64,000 bases of DNA from an uncultured Ectothiorhodospiraceae bacterium (GCA_964408855.1 CAYPBB010000004.1:51764-115763), one strand, 5' to 3'. Counted from the first letter of the stretch, positions 20,530-30,051 are shown. Made by a program: numbers and translations. Notes: a model not told the origin generated them from the sequence alone.

Positions 20530-21243
20530 ATGGCTGATCAGAACAACAAGTCACCGTTTATCATTGCCATCGACGGACCTGCGGGGTCCGGGAAGACCAC
20601 GACTGCAAAGGCGTTAGCACAGCAGTTGGGGTTTGTCTACGTGGATACTGGCGCCATGTACCGCGCGGTTGCGTACGCAGCCCGGCAGCGCTCAATCGAT
20701 ATGACGGATGAAGCGCAGGTTTGCGCCTTCATTCAGAGCGTGGAAATCGCCATTCAGCGGGTCGATGGGTCGCAGGTGACGTTGCTTCACGGCGAGAATG
20801 TGGAGCCGTACATCCGCACGCCTGAAATGAGTATGCTGGCAAGCAAGATCAGCGCCGTACCGTGCGTGCGCGATACCATGGTGAAAATGCAGCGCGAAGT
20901 CGGCTACTCGTCCAACGGAGCGGTCCTTGAAGGCAGAGATATCGGGACGGTGGTATTCCCGGATTCGCCGTGCAAGATATTTCTTATCGCAAGCCCGGAA
21001 ACGCGGGCAATCCGCCGTCAGAAACAGCTCGCGGAATCGGGCACAAACGTTGAACTGGAAACGTTGATAAAGGAAATTGCCGAACGCGACGCCAACGACG
21101 CCAACCGCAAACATTCGCCGCTTCGCAAGGCGCCCGACGCAATCGAAGTGGAAACGACGAATACGACGATCGACGAGCAGGTATCGATGATTCTGACGCT
21201 CGTAAAGAAAAGGATGAATAAATTGGAAAGCGGAGTTGAATGA
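20530..21243 (+). CDS. cmk: cytidylate kinase
   Basis: P-loop IIAIDGPAGSGKTT and DTGAMYRA motifs. The ORF-track start at 20503 is probably an over-extension; ATG at 20530 gives MADQNNKSPFIIAIDGPAG. Confidence 0.85.
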   Translation: MADQNNKSPFIIAIDGPAGSGKTTTAKALAQQLGFVYVDTGAMYRAVAYAARQRSIDMTDEAQVCAFIQSVEIAIQRVDGSQVTLLHGENVEPYIRTPEMSMLASKISAVPCVRDTMVKMQREVGYSSNGAVLEGRDIGTVVFPDSPCKIFLIASPETRAIRRQKQLAESGTNVELETLIKEIAERDANDANRKHSPLRKAPDAIEVETTNTTIDEQVSMILTLVKKRMNKLESGVE

Positions 21244-22127
21244 ACGTAACCATCGATAAAAACGCAGGCTTTTGCTGGGGCGTCGTTCGTACCGTCGAAG
21301 TAGCGGAACGCGAACTGCAAACCGGCGCAGCGCTTGTATCGCTTGGTGATATCATCCATAATCCCAAAGAAATTGAACGCCTCGACGAAAAAGGACTGAC
21401 CACCATCTCGACGGATGAACTGGTGCGTCTTCCCCACGGAACGAAAGTCCTGATCCGGGCGCATGGCGAACCGCCCGAAACATACCGTAAGGCAAGCGAT
21501 CTCGGGATCGAGCTTATCGACGCAACCTGTCCGGTGGTGACGAAACTGCAGGAGAGAATCCGCAAGTTTTACGACGACGGCTACCAGGTCGTCATTTTCG
21601 GCAAAAAGGACCACGCGGAGGTAATTGGATTGCGCGGCGTGTGCAACGACGATTGCATCGTGATCAAATCGCTTGCCGAAGCGGAAGCCCAGATTGATCT
21701 GAGCAGGAAAACAGTATTGTTTTCCCAGACGACGATGGACAAGCAGACGTTCTATGCGATCAAGGATTACCTTACCGTGAAGGTGGAAACCCTGATCGTC
21801 GATTCGATGGAACAGATTGCTGCGGAATTCCACGCGAAGGATACCATCTGCGGGCAGGTCTCCGGACGCGAACAAAAGCTGCGCGAATATGCCGCAGAGA
21901 ACGACGTCATGGTGTTCGTCGCGGGCAAAAAAAGCAGCAACGGAAAAGTGTTATACGAAGTATGCCACGAGGCAAATCCCCGGACGTACTTCATCGAAGA
22001 CATCGATGAGATCGATCCTGCCTGGATCGAAGGCGCGGAGAGCGTCGGGATTTCAGGCGCTACGAGCACGCCGCAATGGTTGATGCAGCAGGTGAAGGAA
22101 TATCTCGAACGAATACATGAACAATGA
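21240..22127 (+). CDS. ispH: 4-hydroxy-3-methylbut-2-enyl diphosphate reductase
   Basis: IspH/LytB motifs (GFCWGV, conserved Cys residues, THG..). 295 aa. Overlaps the cmk stop (ATGA). Precedes rpsA as in many bacteria. Confidence 0.9.
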   Translation: MNVTIDKNAGFCWGVVRTVEVAERELQTGAALVSLGDIIHNPKEIERLDEKGLTTISTDELVRLPHGTKVLIRAHGEPPETYRKASDLGIELIDATCPVVTKLQERIRKFYDDGYQVVIFGKKDHAEVIGLRGVCNDDCIVIKSLAEAEAQIDLSRKTVLFSQTTMDKQTFYAIKDYLTVKVETLIVDSMEQIAAEFHAKDTICGQVSGREQKLREYAAENDVMVFVAGKKSSNGKVLYEVCHEANPRTYFIEDIDEIDPAWIEGAESVGISGATSTPQWLMQQVKEYLERIHEQ

Positions 22128-22259
22128 GAATAATTGCCGCCGTACAATAACCGTATGTTTCACACTTAATCTTGATAATTGGTCTTTCCATTCTGCGAGT
22201 CGTCACCGGCGGCGGCGGCGGACAAAATGCGAAAGTATTTCATGAACCAAGGAGACTGA

Positions 22260-24041
22260 ATGTCTGAAGAACAAACAATTGTTACCGAATCTGCTGTTCT
22301 ATCGGTGCAACCCGGCGCGAACATTGTAGCCAGCGTCGGAAAAGTCGTGCTTGACAGCGACTACAGCAAGGACGATTTCGCCAAATTTAAATCGATGTAC
22401 GAGAACACCCTGACCACCCTTCGTCCTGGGGAAATCATTCAGGGTAAAATCGTCAATATGACCAAAGACTACGTTACGATTGACATCGGCTTGAAATCCG
22501 AAGGTCTCGTTCCGATCGATGAGTTTTCGAACGCGTCGGAACTCGAACGCGGTCAGGTGGTGGAAGTGTATCTCGAACAACTCGAAGACAAAGACGGCAA
22601 TGTGCAGCTTTCCCGTAAGCGCGCCGACTTTGTCCGCATTTGGGAACGCATCCAGGATGCTTACGACAATCTTGAAATTTTACAGGGACGCTGCATCCGC
22701 CGTATCAAGGGCGGTATCGTCGTCGATCTCATGGGCATCGACGCATTCCTTCCGGGTTCGCAGATCGATATCCGCCCGGTGCGCGATTTCGACGCCTACC
22801 TCGGCAAATCCCTCGACGTACGCGTCGTGAAGATCAACCAGCCCGCCGAAAACATTGTCGTCAGCCGTAAGGCGATTATCGAAGAGCAGATTACCGGTCA
22901 GCGCAAAGCGATCCTCGACAGCCTCGAAAAGGGTCAGATCCTCGAAGGTATCGTGAAAGCCATTGCCGACTTCGGCGTGTTCATCGATCTCGGCGGCGTG
23001 GACGGTCTCGTCCATATCACCGACCTCTCGTGGGGCAGAGTGAACCATCCGACCGAAATCGTGAAGCTGGACCAGACGGTGAACGTTGTTGTTCTCGATT
23101 TCGACACCGAAAAGAAACGCATCTCTCTGGGCATGAAGCAGCTTCAGCCGCACCCGTGGGAAAACATCGGCGAGAAATACCCCGTCACCACGAAGGTGCG
23201 CGGAAAGGTTGTTTCGCTTGCCGATTACGGCGCATTCATCGAAATCGAAAAGGGTATCGAAGGCTTGATCCACATTTCCGAAATGAGCTGGACACAGCAC
23301 ATCAAGCATCCGTCGCAGGTCGTTTCCATGGGACAGATGGTGGACGCTGTGATCCTCAATCTCGATGTGGAAGAGAAGAAAATCTCCCTCGGTATGAAAC
23401 AGCTCGAACCCGATCCGTGGGCGAACCTCATCGCGAAATACCCGGTCGATTCGCAGCACAACGGTATCGTGCGCAACCTCACCAACTTCGGCGTGTTCGT
23501 TGAACTCGAACCCGGCGTCGACGGTCTGGTGCATATTTCCGACCTCTCATGGACGAAGAAAATCCGCCACCCGGGAGAAATCGTGAAGAAGGGCGACAAT
23601 ATCGAAGTCGTCATTCTCGGCATCGACCAGGATCAGCGCCGCATTTCGCTCGGTCACAAGCAGGTGCAGGACAATCCGTGGGATGTGTTCGAAACGCAGT
23701 ACGCGGTCGGCATCGAATGCGAAGGCAAGGTAGTCCGCCTGATTGAAAAGGGCGTGATTGTCGAGCTTCCCGCCGGCGTGGACGGTTTTGTTCCGGCATC
23801 GCAGCTTGCCAGCAAGCAGGTGAAGAACATTCCGGAAGCGTTCAAGGAAGGCGACAAGCTGCCGTTGAAGGTGATAGAATTCGACAAGGAGAACAAGAAG
23901 ATTGTTCTTTCGGTCACCGAATACCTCAAGGGTAAGGACGCCGAGACCGTGGATGCATACCATGCAGCGCACGGCCTCGTCAACGCGCCGGACAAGGAAA
24001 CCAACGAAGTTTCCCCCGACGATTTGAACTTCGACCTGTAA
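22260..24041 (+). CDS. rpsA: 30S ribosomal protein S1
   Basis: 593 aa with six S1 domains (repeated G.V....FGAFV.L..G..GL.HIS..SW patterns). Strong RBS AAGGAGA. Confidence 0.9.
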   Translation: MSEEQTIVTESAVLSVQPGANIVASVGKVVLDSDYSKDDFAKFKSMYENTLTTLRPGEIIQGKIVNMTKDYVTIDIGLKSEGLVPIDEFSNASELERGQVVEVYLEQLEDKDGNVQLSRKRADFVRIWERIQDAYDNLEILQGRCIRRIKGGIVVDLMGIDAFLPGSQIDIRPVRDFDAYLGKSLDVRVVKINQPAENIVVSRKAIIEEQITGQRKAILDSLEKGQILEGIVKAIADFGVFIDLGGVDGLVHITDLSWGRVNHPTEIVKLDQTVNVVVLDFDTEKKRISLGMKQLQPHPWENIGEKYPVTTKVRGKVVSLADYGAFIEIEKGIEGLIHISEMSWTQHIKHPSQVVSMGQMVDAVILNLDVEEKKISLGMKQLEPDPWANLIAKYPVDSQHNGIVRNLTNFGVFVELEPGVDGLVHISDLSWTKKIRHPGEIVKKGDNIEVVILGIDQDQRRISLGHKQVQDNPWDVFETQYAVGIECEGKVVRLIEKGVIVELPAGVDGFVPASQLASKQVKNIPEAFKEGDKLPLKVIEFDKENKKIVLSVTEYLKGKDAETVDAYHAAHGLVNAPDKETNEVSPDDLNFDL

Positions 24042-24065
24042 GCCGGTTTCACTCGTGAATTGTAT

Positions 24066-24093
24066 GGGCGCAGCATGCTGCGCCCTTTTTTAT
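24066..24093 (+). terminator. rho-independent terminator of rpsA
   Basis: Hairpin GGGCGCAGCA/TGCTGCGCCC followed by TTTTTTATT. Confidence 0.65.
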
Positions 24094-24099
24094 TGTGGG

Positions 24100-24540
24100 C
24101 TGGTAAATGTGTGCAGGCGAAATTCTTCATACCCCTTTGGACAAAGGGGTCGATTGCCGCTCAAAATTCTTGCGGCAATCGGGGGAATGTGTTCTTCGCG
24201 AAAATCCTATATACCACAGGCGCTCGCATTCAATGGTGAATACGCCTACCACGCTTTGTCATCCTGGGCGCGCAGCGCCCGGGATCTCGTAGGATAGCAG
24301 CCTCCAGTTGGGCAAGCAGAAACCTGGTGTTTCCCGTGCATTACCGGCATCGCAATCCCCCCGCCTCGCCGGACTGACAGCCTACATTTCCGCTCCGCCT
24401 TCCCCGCGACGAGCCGACCCCCAAGTCGTCTACGTCCGGCTACTGCCGCGGGGTACTAAGACGTGCCGCGCAGACTCTTACCGTGCCGGACAGCCTTAGA
24501 CGGATAGGACTCAAGCGTGGGGGAAGGAGAGATACTGTTC
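24100..24540. other. GC-rich structured non-coding region (candidate ncRNA or integration-site remnant) preceding the low-GC insert
   Basis: No convincing ORF (only short high-GC ORFs). Multiple local hairpins (CCCCTTTGGACAAAGGGG; GATTGCCGC..GCGGCAATC; CGACG..CGTCG). Segment TCGCAATCCCCCCGCCTCG at 24340-24358 resembles a tRNA/tmRNA T-arm plus acceptor 3' end. Sub-motifs recur at 26.96-27.35 kb. Confidence 0.3.
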
Positions 24541-24890
24541 GGGACACTGGGGCAATGTGCACAGTGCTTGTCTTGTATAGCCCTAAACGATGTTTAGCGG
24601 GTGTCATTTGTTAGGCAGAGTTGCATTTAGTAGAAAAAGTTACGAGATTGAGTGTGGTGTACAAATATTCTTGGCAACGGATATATTGTGGGTGCGTGGC
24701 ATAACTGTTCTCATTAATTTCGAATAGCCAAACCATAGACGATGCCAGCCAAGCAATTGTTTGAGTTAACTTAGCGGACTAAGATAATGAAATCTATTTT
24801 TGTTTATCATAGCCATTGAATAATTGAAAAATGATTTGAGTCGAAGCAAGGTGGTTGAGTAAAAGTTGGAATAGTAATGGAGGCATAAGT

Positions 24891-26798
24891 ATGGCCAATG
24901 ACAATACGCTAATAAGTCTAGCAATGTTGAAGTCCTCAATTGACGCTAAGAAGGATTACCTTGAAAGGCTGCGTCCGTTTATTATGGATGCGCTATTTAA
25001 ACAACGTCCGGAGGTTGTGAGTGATTATATAGTATCTACATATCTAAAGGATATGTATGGACTTGTCATCCCACAGCAAGTAACGCAGATATTATTGCAA
25101 AGAATTGCTAGGGATGGGTGTTTGGTAAGAGAACACGGGGTATACCGTATTGTTAATCTCGATGAATCTGTCCAACTTGATACTGTTAAGGCAACAGAGC
25201 ATATTGGGAATGTTATTAATGGTCTAATCAGGTATTCATCCACCACAGTGTCCCCAATTGAAAGCAAGGATGAAGCGATTAATCAACTTATCGCATTTCT
25301 ATCTGAATTTTCCATTCCGTGTGTAAAGTATTATCTGCGAAATACTGCACTGCCGGATATTGCTAATACCCAAGGATCTGAGAATGTACTGGTAGCAAAT
25401 TATGTAATATATATATCTGAAAATGAACATGAACTGTATTCTAGTTTCCTTGTAATGCTGCAGGGACATATGCTCGCGAACTCACTCGTTTGCCCGTCTT
25501 TATCTGAGGCGCCGAAGTCGTATAAAAACGTAACATTTTTCTTTGATACTCGGCTAATCCTTGCTCTCGCTGGCTTAGATGGAAATATAAAAAAACATGC
25601 AACTTTGTCACTTTGTGAACTGATTCGCAAATTGCATGGTACGATGTCTGTGTTTTCGCATACGATGGAAGAAGTGCAACGTGTAATTACTGTTGCATCA
25701 GATTTTATCGATTCAACGGAGGGTAGGGGGTCTATCGTTCGAGAAGCTAGAATGGCTAAAAGAACGAAATCAGATCTGTTGCTGATTGCAGCGGATCTTG
25801 AGATCGAGTTAGCGAATATTAATATAAAGGTTCAGCCGACGCCGAGGTATCATCGGGAGTATCAAATAGATGAAACAATGTTCGAAAACATACTAACTGA
25901 TGAGATTGACTATTATAATCAAAAGGCGATTGAGTATGACGTCAATACTGTTCGCAGTATTTATGCATTAAGAGAGAGGCTTTCGCCGAATACAATCGAA
26001 CGCTGTCGAGCTGTGGCCGTAACCTCCAACACAGCTTTTGCAAATGCTGCATATCAATATGGACAAAAATATTTAGAGACAAGTTCAGTGTCAAGTGTGA
26101 TTACGGATTTTAGTCTGGCAAATATGGCTTGGTTAAAGACGCCGATGGAATCGCCCCAAATACCACAGAATGAATTAATTGCCTTTGCATATACTGCCCA
26201 TCAGCCAACTAGGAGATTTATCGAGGCATTGGAACGTGAGCTTGATAAATTGGAACATGAGGGACGGATGACCGAGCGTCATCTTCAGTTATTGCGTAGC
26301 AGGACAGAAAGCCCGGAGTTGATGAGATACACTTTAGGTAGAGAGGAGTCCTTAAATTATAAGACCATGACCGAGATAGCTGAAAATATTGAGAAGGAGA
26401 TTAAAGAGGAGGAGAAAAGATTACGCGAGTTACGGGAGAGTGAGCTAAACAAAATAATCGAAGAGAAAAGCCACATTCTCGATATGCTGACAAGTAATCA
26501 AAGGGAGACGTATGATGGGGTGAAAAAAGATGCAGACAAAATATCAAGCAGATATTCACTGATCGCCTCGATTTTTATCGCTATCATATCTCTTGGTGTT
26601 GTATTGTTTGTTACATTCTATCCCAATTATGAATGGTATTTTATGCTTCCAATATGGATAGCATATGTTGTGATAGCATATACACCTATGATAAACGGTG
26701 TAAATATTTGTGTATTACACAAAAAAATTAAAGAATCGATTTATAAACGTTATATAAAGAAAATGGAAAGAAGATTAAGAGTGAAGTTGTTGCCATAA
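24891..26798 (+). CDS. orphan low-GC island protein: large soluble N-terminal domain, coiled-coil segment, C-terminal two-helix membrane anchor (candidate standalone defence/abortive-infection effector)
   Basis: Single long ORF in a roughly 2.3 kb AT-rich insert (about 40% GC against 57% flanks). GGAGG RBS 9 nt before ATG 24891; track start 24855 is in the same frame. Charged coiled-coil (EKEIKEEEKRLRELRESELNKIIEEK) precedes two C-terminal TM helices (YSLIASIFIAIISLGVVLFVTFY; WYFMLPIWIAYVVIAYTPMI). No recognisable catalytic motif. Confidence 0.6.
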   Translation: MANDNTLISLAMLKSSIDAKKDYLERLRPFIMDALFKQRPEVVSDYIVSTYLKDMYGLVIPQQVTQILLQRIARDGCLVREHGVYRIVNLDESVQLDTVKATEHIGNVINGLIRYSSTTVSPIESKDEAINQLIAFLSEFSIPCVKYYLRNTALPDIANTQGSENVLVANYVIYISENEHELYSSFLVMLQGHMLANSLVCPSLSEAPKSYKNVTFFFDTRLILALAGLDGNIKKHATLSLCELIRKLHGTMSVFSHTMEEVQRVITVASDFIDSTEGRGSIVREARMAKRTKSDLLLIAADLEIELANINIKVQPTPRYHREYQIDETMFENILTDEIDYYNQKAIEYDVNTVRSIYALRERLSPNTIERCRAVAVTSNTAFANAAYQYGQKYLETSSVSSVITDFSLANMAWLKTPMESPQIPQNELIAFAYTAHQPTRRFIEALERELDKLEHEGRMTERHLQLLRSRTESPELMRYTLGREESLNYKTMTEIAENIEKEIKEEEKRLRELRESELNKIIEEKSHILDMLTSNQRETYDGVKKDADKISSRYSLIASIFIAIISLGVVLFVTFYPNYEWYFMLPIWIAYVVIAYTPMINGVNICVLHKKIKESIYKRYIKKMERRLRVKLLP

Positions 26799-26829
26799 AG
26801 ATATCAATGGTGATACGAAAATGCGGATG

Positions 26830-27440
26830 CGTCCATAAATCCCTGCATGTATGTCAGTGCGAGACTGAGCATGTTGAATACATTGGCCCCCCCGGTGGTG
26901 CTTTCGTCAGGTCCGAGCATGACGGACTGTACTCAGGACAAAAGGGGGCAGCAATTGCATTGCGAAATCCGCACTGAGTATCGGGGGTTCTGGAAGGCGG
27001 CGCGGTTGACGAATCTGTCTCTGCGAGAACAGGCAGCCTACTATCCCCCCGCTCCGTATTTCTTCGCGCTGCAGCGAAGCCTTGCGCTCAGAAACGGATC
27101 GTGCCCTCCGGCAATGGCCGGATGAAGACACCTTGCTCACTCCTCTCAGTCCGCCTGAGGCGGACTGATCGTCGTGAAAGGGGCATAAAGAGTTTGCGAA
27201 ATCCGCACTGAGAATCGGGGGTTCTGGAAGTCGGAATCGTTTACCCCGTCCCGGTCCGTCCTTGAGAGTCCCTGCGCGTCTAATAGATGGCCCCCCGCCT
27301 CGTCACGGCTTCGCCCTGACGAGTCGACCCCCACGTCGTGGAGGTTTGAAGAAAACACCCAAGCCGTGTGGGTTTGAAGAAAATACCCGCGCCGCGGGGG
27401 TATGAAAACACGCCGCCCAATATCCATGCGGGTGCGGGAG
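26830..27440. repeat. GC-rich repeat cluster on the right flank of the low-GC insert (partial direct repeats of the left-flank motifs)
   Basis: About 39-nt direct repeat GCGAAATCCGCACTGAG(T/A)ATCGGGGGTTCTGGAAG(G/T)CGG at 26961-26999 and 27196-27234. CAGCCTAC(T/A)... GCTCCG at 27033-27055 matches 24376-24398. CCCCCCGCCTCG at 27294-27305 matches 24347-24358. GACGAG(T)CGACCCCCA(C)GTCGT at 27318-27339 matches 24398-24419. Tandem GGTTTGAAGAAAA(C/T)ACCC x2 at 27346-27386. Confidence 0.5.
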
Positions 27441-27581
27441 GCGGGTTGTGGTTTCGTGGGAATTATTCGCTACATTTGTATCGGATCTGTATGCCTGAAG
27501 AAGGCGCAATTGTGCCGGTCAGACTACAGAATCAACGAATCTGACGATTTTACTCACATTTTGACACAGGAGAAGAGTTTC

Positions 27582-28664
27582 ATGGCAACGCGCTCGCATA
27601 ACTTTTTTGCCGGACCGGCAGTGCTTCCGTTATCTGTTGTGGAAGCCGCCCGCGACGCCGCATGGGATTTTGCGGGAATGGGCATGTCGATCATGGAAAT
27701 CAGCCACCGCTCGAAGGAATTCGATAAGGTGATGCTTGAAGCCCAGGAAGACGCTCTCACGATCATGGGGCTTTCGAAGGACGAATATTCGGTTGTGTAC
27801 GTGGGCGGAGGCGCAAGCACCCAGTTCGCGATGGTGCCGATGAACTTCCTCCATACCAAAGCAGATTATGTCAATACCGGCGAGTGGGCAACCAAAGCGA
27901 TCAAAGAGGCGAAACTGTTCGGTACGCCCAATGTCGTTGCCACCTCGGAACCCGATAATTTCAACTATATCCCGAAAGACCTTCCCTGGTCTGCCGATGC
28001 GGACTATGCGCATATCACTACCAACAATACCATCTACGGAACCCGCTGGAACGAAATGCCCAACGTCGGCAATGTACCATTGGTCGCCGATATGTCGTCG
28101 GACATGCTCAGCCGCGAACTGGACTACAGTAAATTCAGCCTGATCTATGCAGGCGCGCAGAAGAACCTGGGACCCGCAGGCGTGGTGCTGGTCGTCATCA
28201 AGAAATCGTGGCTCGAAAAAGCCCGCACCGACATCCCCACCATGCTGAAATACAAAATCCACGTTGATAAGGATTCGATGTACAACACGCCGCCGGTGTT
28301 CCCGGTGTACGTTGTCGGACAGACGCTGAAGTGGATTCTGAAGGAAGGCGGACTCGGCGCTATCGAGGAACGCAACATTCGCAAGGCGAAGCTGATCTAC
28401 GATATGATCGATGCGTATCCCGAGTTCTACAAAGGCGCCGTGAAGGCAAAGGAAGACCGCTCGCTCATGAACATCACCTGGAACCTCCCGACGCCGGAAC
28501 TCGAAGACAAGTTCGTGGCGGAAGCCAAAGCGCAGAAAATGCTGGGGCTCAAAGGACACCGTTCCGTCGGCGGCATCCGCGCCAGCACATACAATGCCTG
28601 CCCGGTGGAATCGGTCGAGCTTCTCGCGAAGTTCATGGAAGAGTTCTACAAAGCGAACAAGTAA
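27582..28664 (+). CDS. serC: phosphoserine aminotransferase
   Basis: Class-V aminotransferase / SerC motifs (FFAGPAVLP, PLV(A)DMSS, QKN). RBS AGGAGAAG before ATG 27582. The ORF-track start 27402 extends into the upstream repeat region and is rejected. Confidence 0.9.
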   Translation: MATRSHNFFAGPAVLPLSVVEAARDAAWDFAGMGMSIMEISHRSKEFDKVMLEAQEDALTIMGLSKDEYSVVYVGGGASTQFAMVPMNFLHTKADYVNTGEWATKAIKEAKLFGTPNVVATSEPDNFNYIPKDLPWSADADYAHITTNNTIYGTRWNEMPNVGNVPLVADMSSDMLSRELDYSKFSLIYAGAQKNLGPAGVVLVVIKKSWLEKARTDIPTMLKYKIHVDKDSMYNTPPVFPVYVVGQTLKWILKEGGLGAIEERNIRKAKLIYDMIDAYPEFYKGAVKAKEDRSLMNITWNLPTPELEDKFVAEAKAQKMLGLKGHRSVGGIRASTYNACPVESVELLAKFMEEFYKANK

Positions 28665-28687
28665 TTTTTGCGACATATACGTCGAAA

Positions 28688-28731
28688 CAGGACGGCCATC
28701 CCTCTCGGATGGCTGTTTTTTATTGTACCGA
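28688..28731 (+). terminator. rho-independent terminator of serC
   Basis: Hairpin ACGGCCATCC-ctctc-GGATGGCTGT followed by TTTTTTATT. Confidence 0.6.
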
Positions 28732-28846
28732 CATTCAGGTATGTCGCGGAGGAGACACATCCGATTTGTTGGCGTGATAATAAAAAGAAGATAGTGTCTA
28801 AAATAGCGTAAAACAGTTTTCTCATCTTATTGCAAGCGGAGGCTTT

Positions 28847-29692
28847 ATGTTATTTCGTTTTCTTCTGTTTCTCGGGGTGATTGTCTTGTTCAACGCCCCT
28901 ACATCCTTTGGTCAGATTCTCTATACCGATATCGTGCCCGATACGGTACTCTGTACGCCGCCGGGACCGGGCGGTCACACCAATTATTATATCGATATGA
29001 ACCATGACGGTATTTTCGATTTTCAGATGACCCATTTTTACGCCAAGGTTGACTGGGTATCGGCGGAAGCGTACAGTTATAGCGACGGTATTCACGCAAA
29101 TTACCCGTGTAAAATTCTGACCAATGTATACAACCACGGGATGGCTTTCAGCGTCGGCGACACAATCGGTCCGAATACGCAGGGCACGTGGTATAACGGT
29201 CTGGAGTTCGGCGGAATGACATCGGTGTATCTCAGCAATTATAATGAAACGTATTACCCCTGGCACGATGCCGCGGATAAATACCTTGCGGTGACGATGG
29301 AGGATGCGCAGCACACCTATTATGGATGGGTCTGCATGGACGTGGGACCAAACTCGGCATGGCTGAAAGTGAAGGCGTTTGCGATGAATTTCGCGCCGGA
29401 TTCATATATCACAGCCGGGCAATGGACGACGACGGGTATCGACATGGCCGCCGCTGTTGCCGGGAGTATCTCGGTATATCAGGCTCCGGGTTTTATCATG
29501 GTCAGAATGGATGATACGCCTGGCCAGGAACAAACAATTGCCGTTTATTCTGTTCTGGGAGAGCGCGTTGCATCGGTAACGCAGACAGGCGCGGTGACTG
29601 CTATCCCATCGCGCGGCCTGCCGAAAGGCATGTATCTGGTGACTGCAACCACGGGCGAAACAATACGTTACGGGAAGGTGTTATTACGGTAA
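28847..29692 (+). CDS. hypothetical secreted protein with T9SS C-terminal sorting domain
   Basis: Signal peptide MLFRFLLFLGVIVLFNAPTSFGQ. C-terminal IAVYSVLGERV...GMYLVTATTGETIRYGKVLLR fits the T9SS CTD pattern. RBS GGAGG. Confidence 0.6.
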   Translation: MLFRFLLFLGVIVLFNAPTSFGQILYTDIVPDTVLCTPPGPGGHTNYYIDMNHDGIFDFQMTHFYAKVDWVSAEAYSYSDGIHANYPCKILTNVYNHGMAFSVGDTIGPNTQGTWYNGLEFGGMTSVYLSNYNETYYPWHDAADKYLAVTMEDAQHTYYGWVCMDVGPNSAWLKVKAFAMNFAPDSYITAGQWTTTGIDMAAAVAGSISVYQAPGFIMVRMDDTPGQEQTIAVYSVLGERVASVTQTGAVTAIPSRGLPKGMYLVTATTGETIRYGKVLLR

Positions 29693-29885
29693 GGAAGGTG
29701 TAAGCAATAAATACGCACGCAATGTTGAACCGCTGGCACAGTTGCTCATTGCGTGCATACTAATCAGAATTATATGCGTCTTTAATGCGTTTGGGTCCCC
29801 CGGAAAATGGGATTTAACAACCGGTTAATACGTAATACGAAAAATGGGAATGTCATCAATCTGATATATTGACACCGCAGGTAAT

Positions 29886-29915
29886 CGGGAGGTTACACTT
29901 CCCGTTTCTTTTTTA
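29886..29915 (+). terminator. putative terminator after T9SS-cargo gene
   Basis: Hairpin CGGGAGgttacaCTTCCCG followed by TTTCTTTTTT. Confidence 0.4.
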
Positions 29916-30051
29916 ATCGAAAGCCAGAGTAGTCTCGATAGGGTGCATGAGGTGTCTTGGTTTTCGAATGCAGAATCGTGTCCGGCTGTTTCTATCAGAC
30001 TACTGCGTACAGTTTATCGCCAAAAATCCGTATCTTTCTTGTCCGAATTGA

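Noticed and set aside
24330-24372. Possible tmRNA/tRNA gene 3' end (AATCCCCCCGCCTCG)
   Set aside because: Only the T-loop/acceptor-like 3' motif is present. No complementary 5-G T-stem, no recognisable tag-peptide reading frame ending in ALAA-stop, and no acceptor 5' partner found on either strand. Kept as a structured-region finding, not called as an RNA gene.
24100-27440. CRISPR array
   Set aside because: The repeats present are irregularly spaced, of different families and lengths, and not separated by uniform spacers. No cas genes are nearby.
27402-27581. N-terminal 60-codon extension of serC in the ORF track
   Set aside because: Extension runs through the GC-rich repeat region and has no RBS. 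The ATG at 27582 is preceded by AGGAGAAG and matches SerC N-termini.
27630-28760. 376-aa minus-strand ORF
   Set aside because: Antisense to serC, which has unambiguous aminotransferase motifs. Spurious high-GC ORF.
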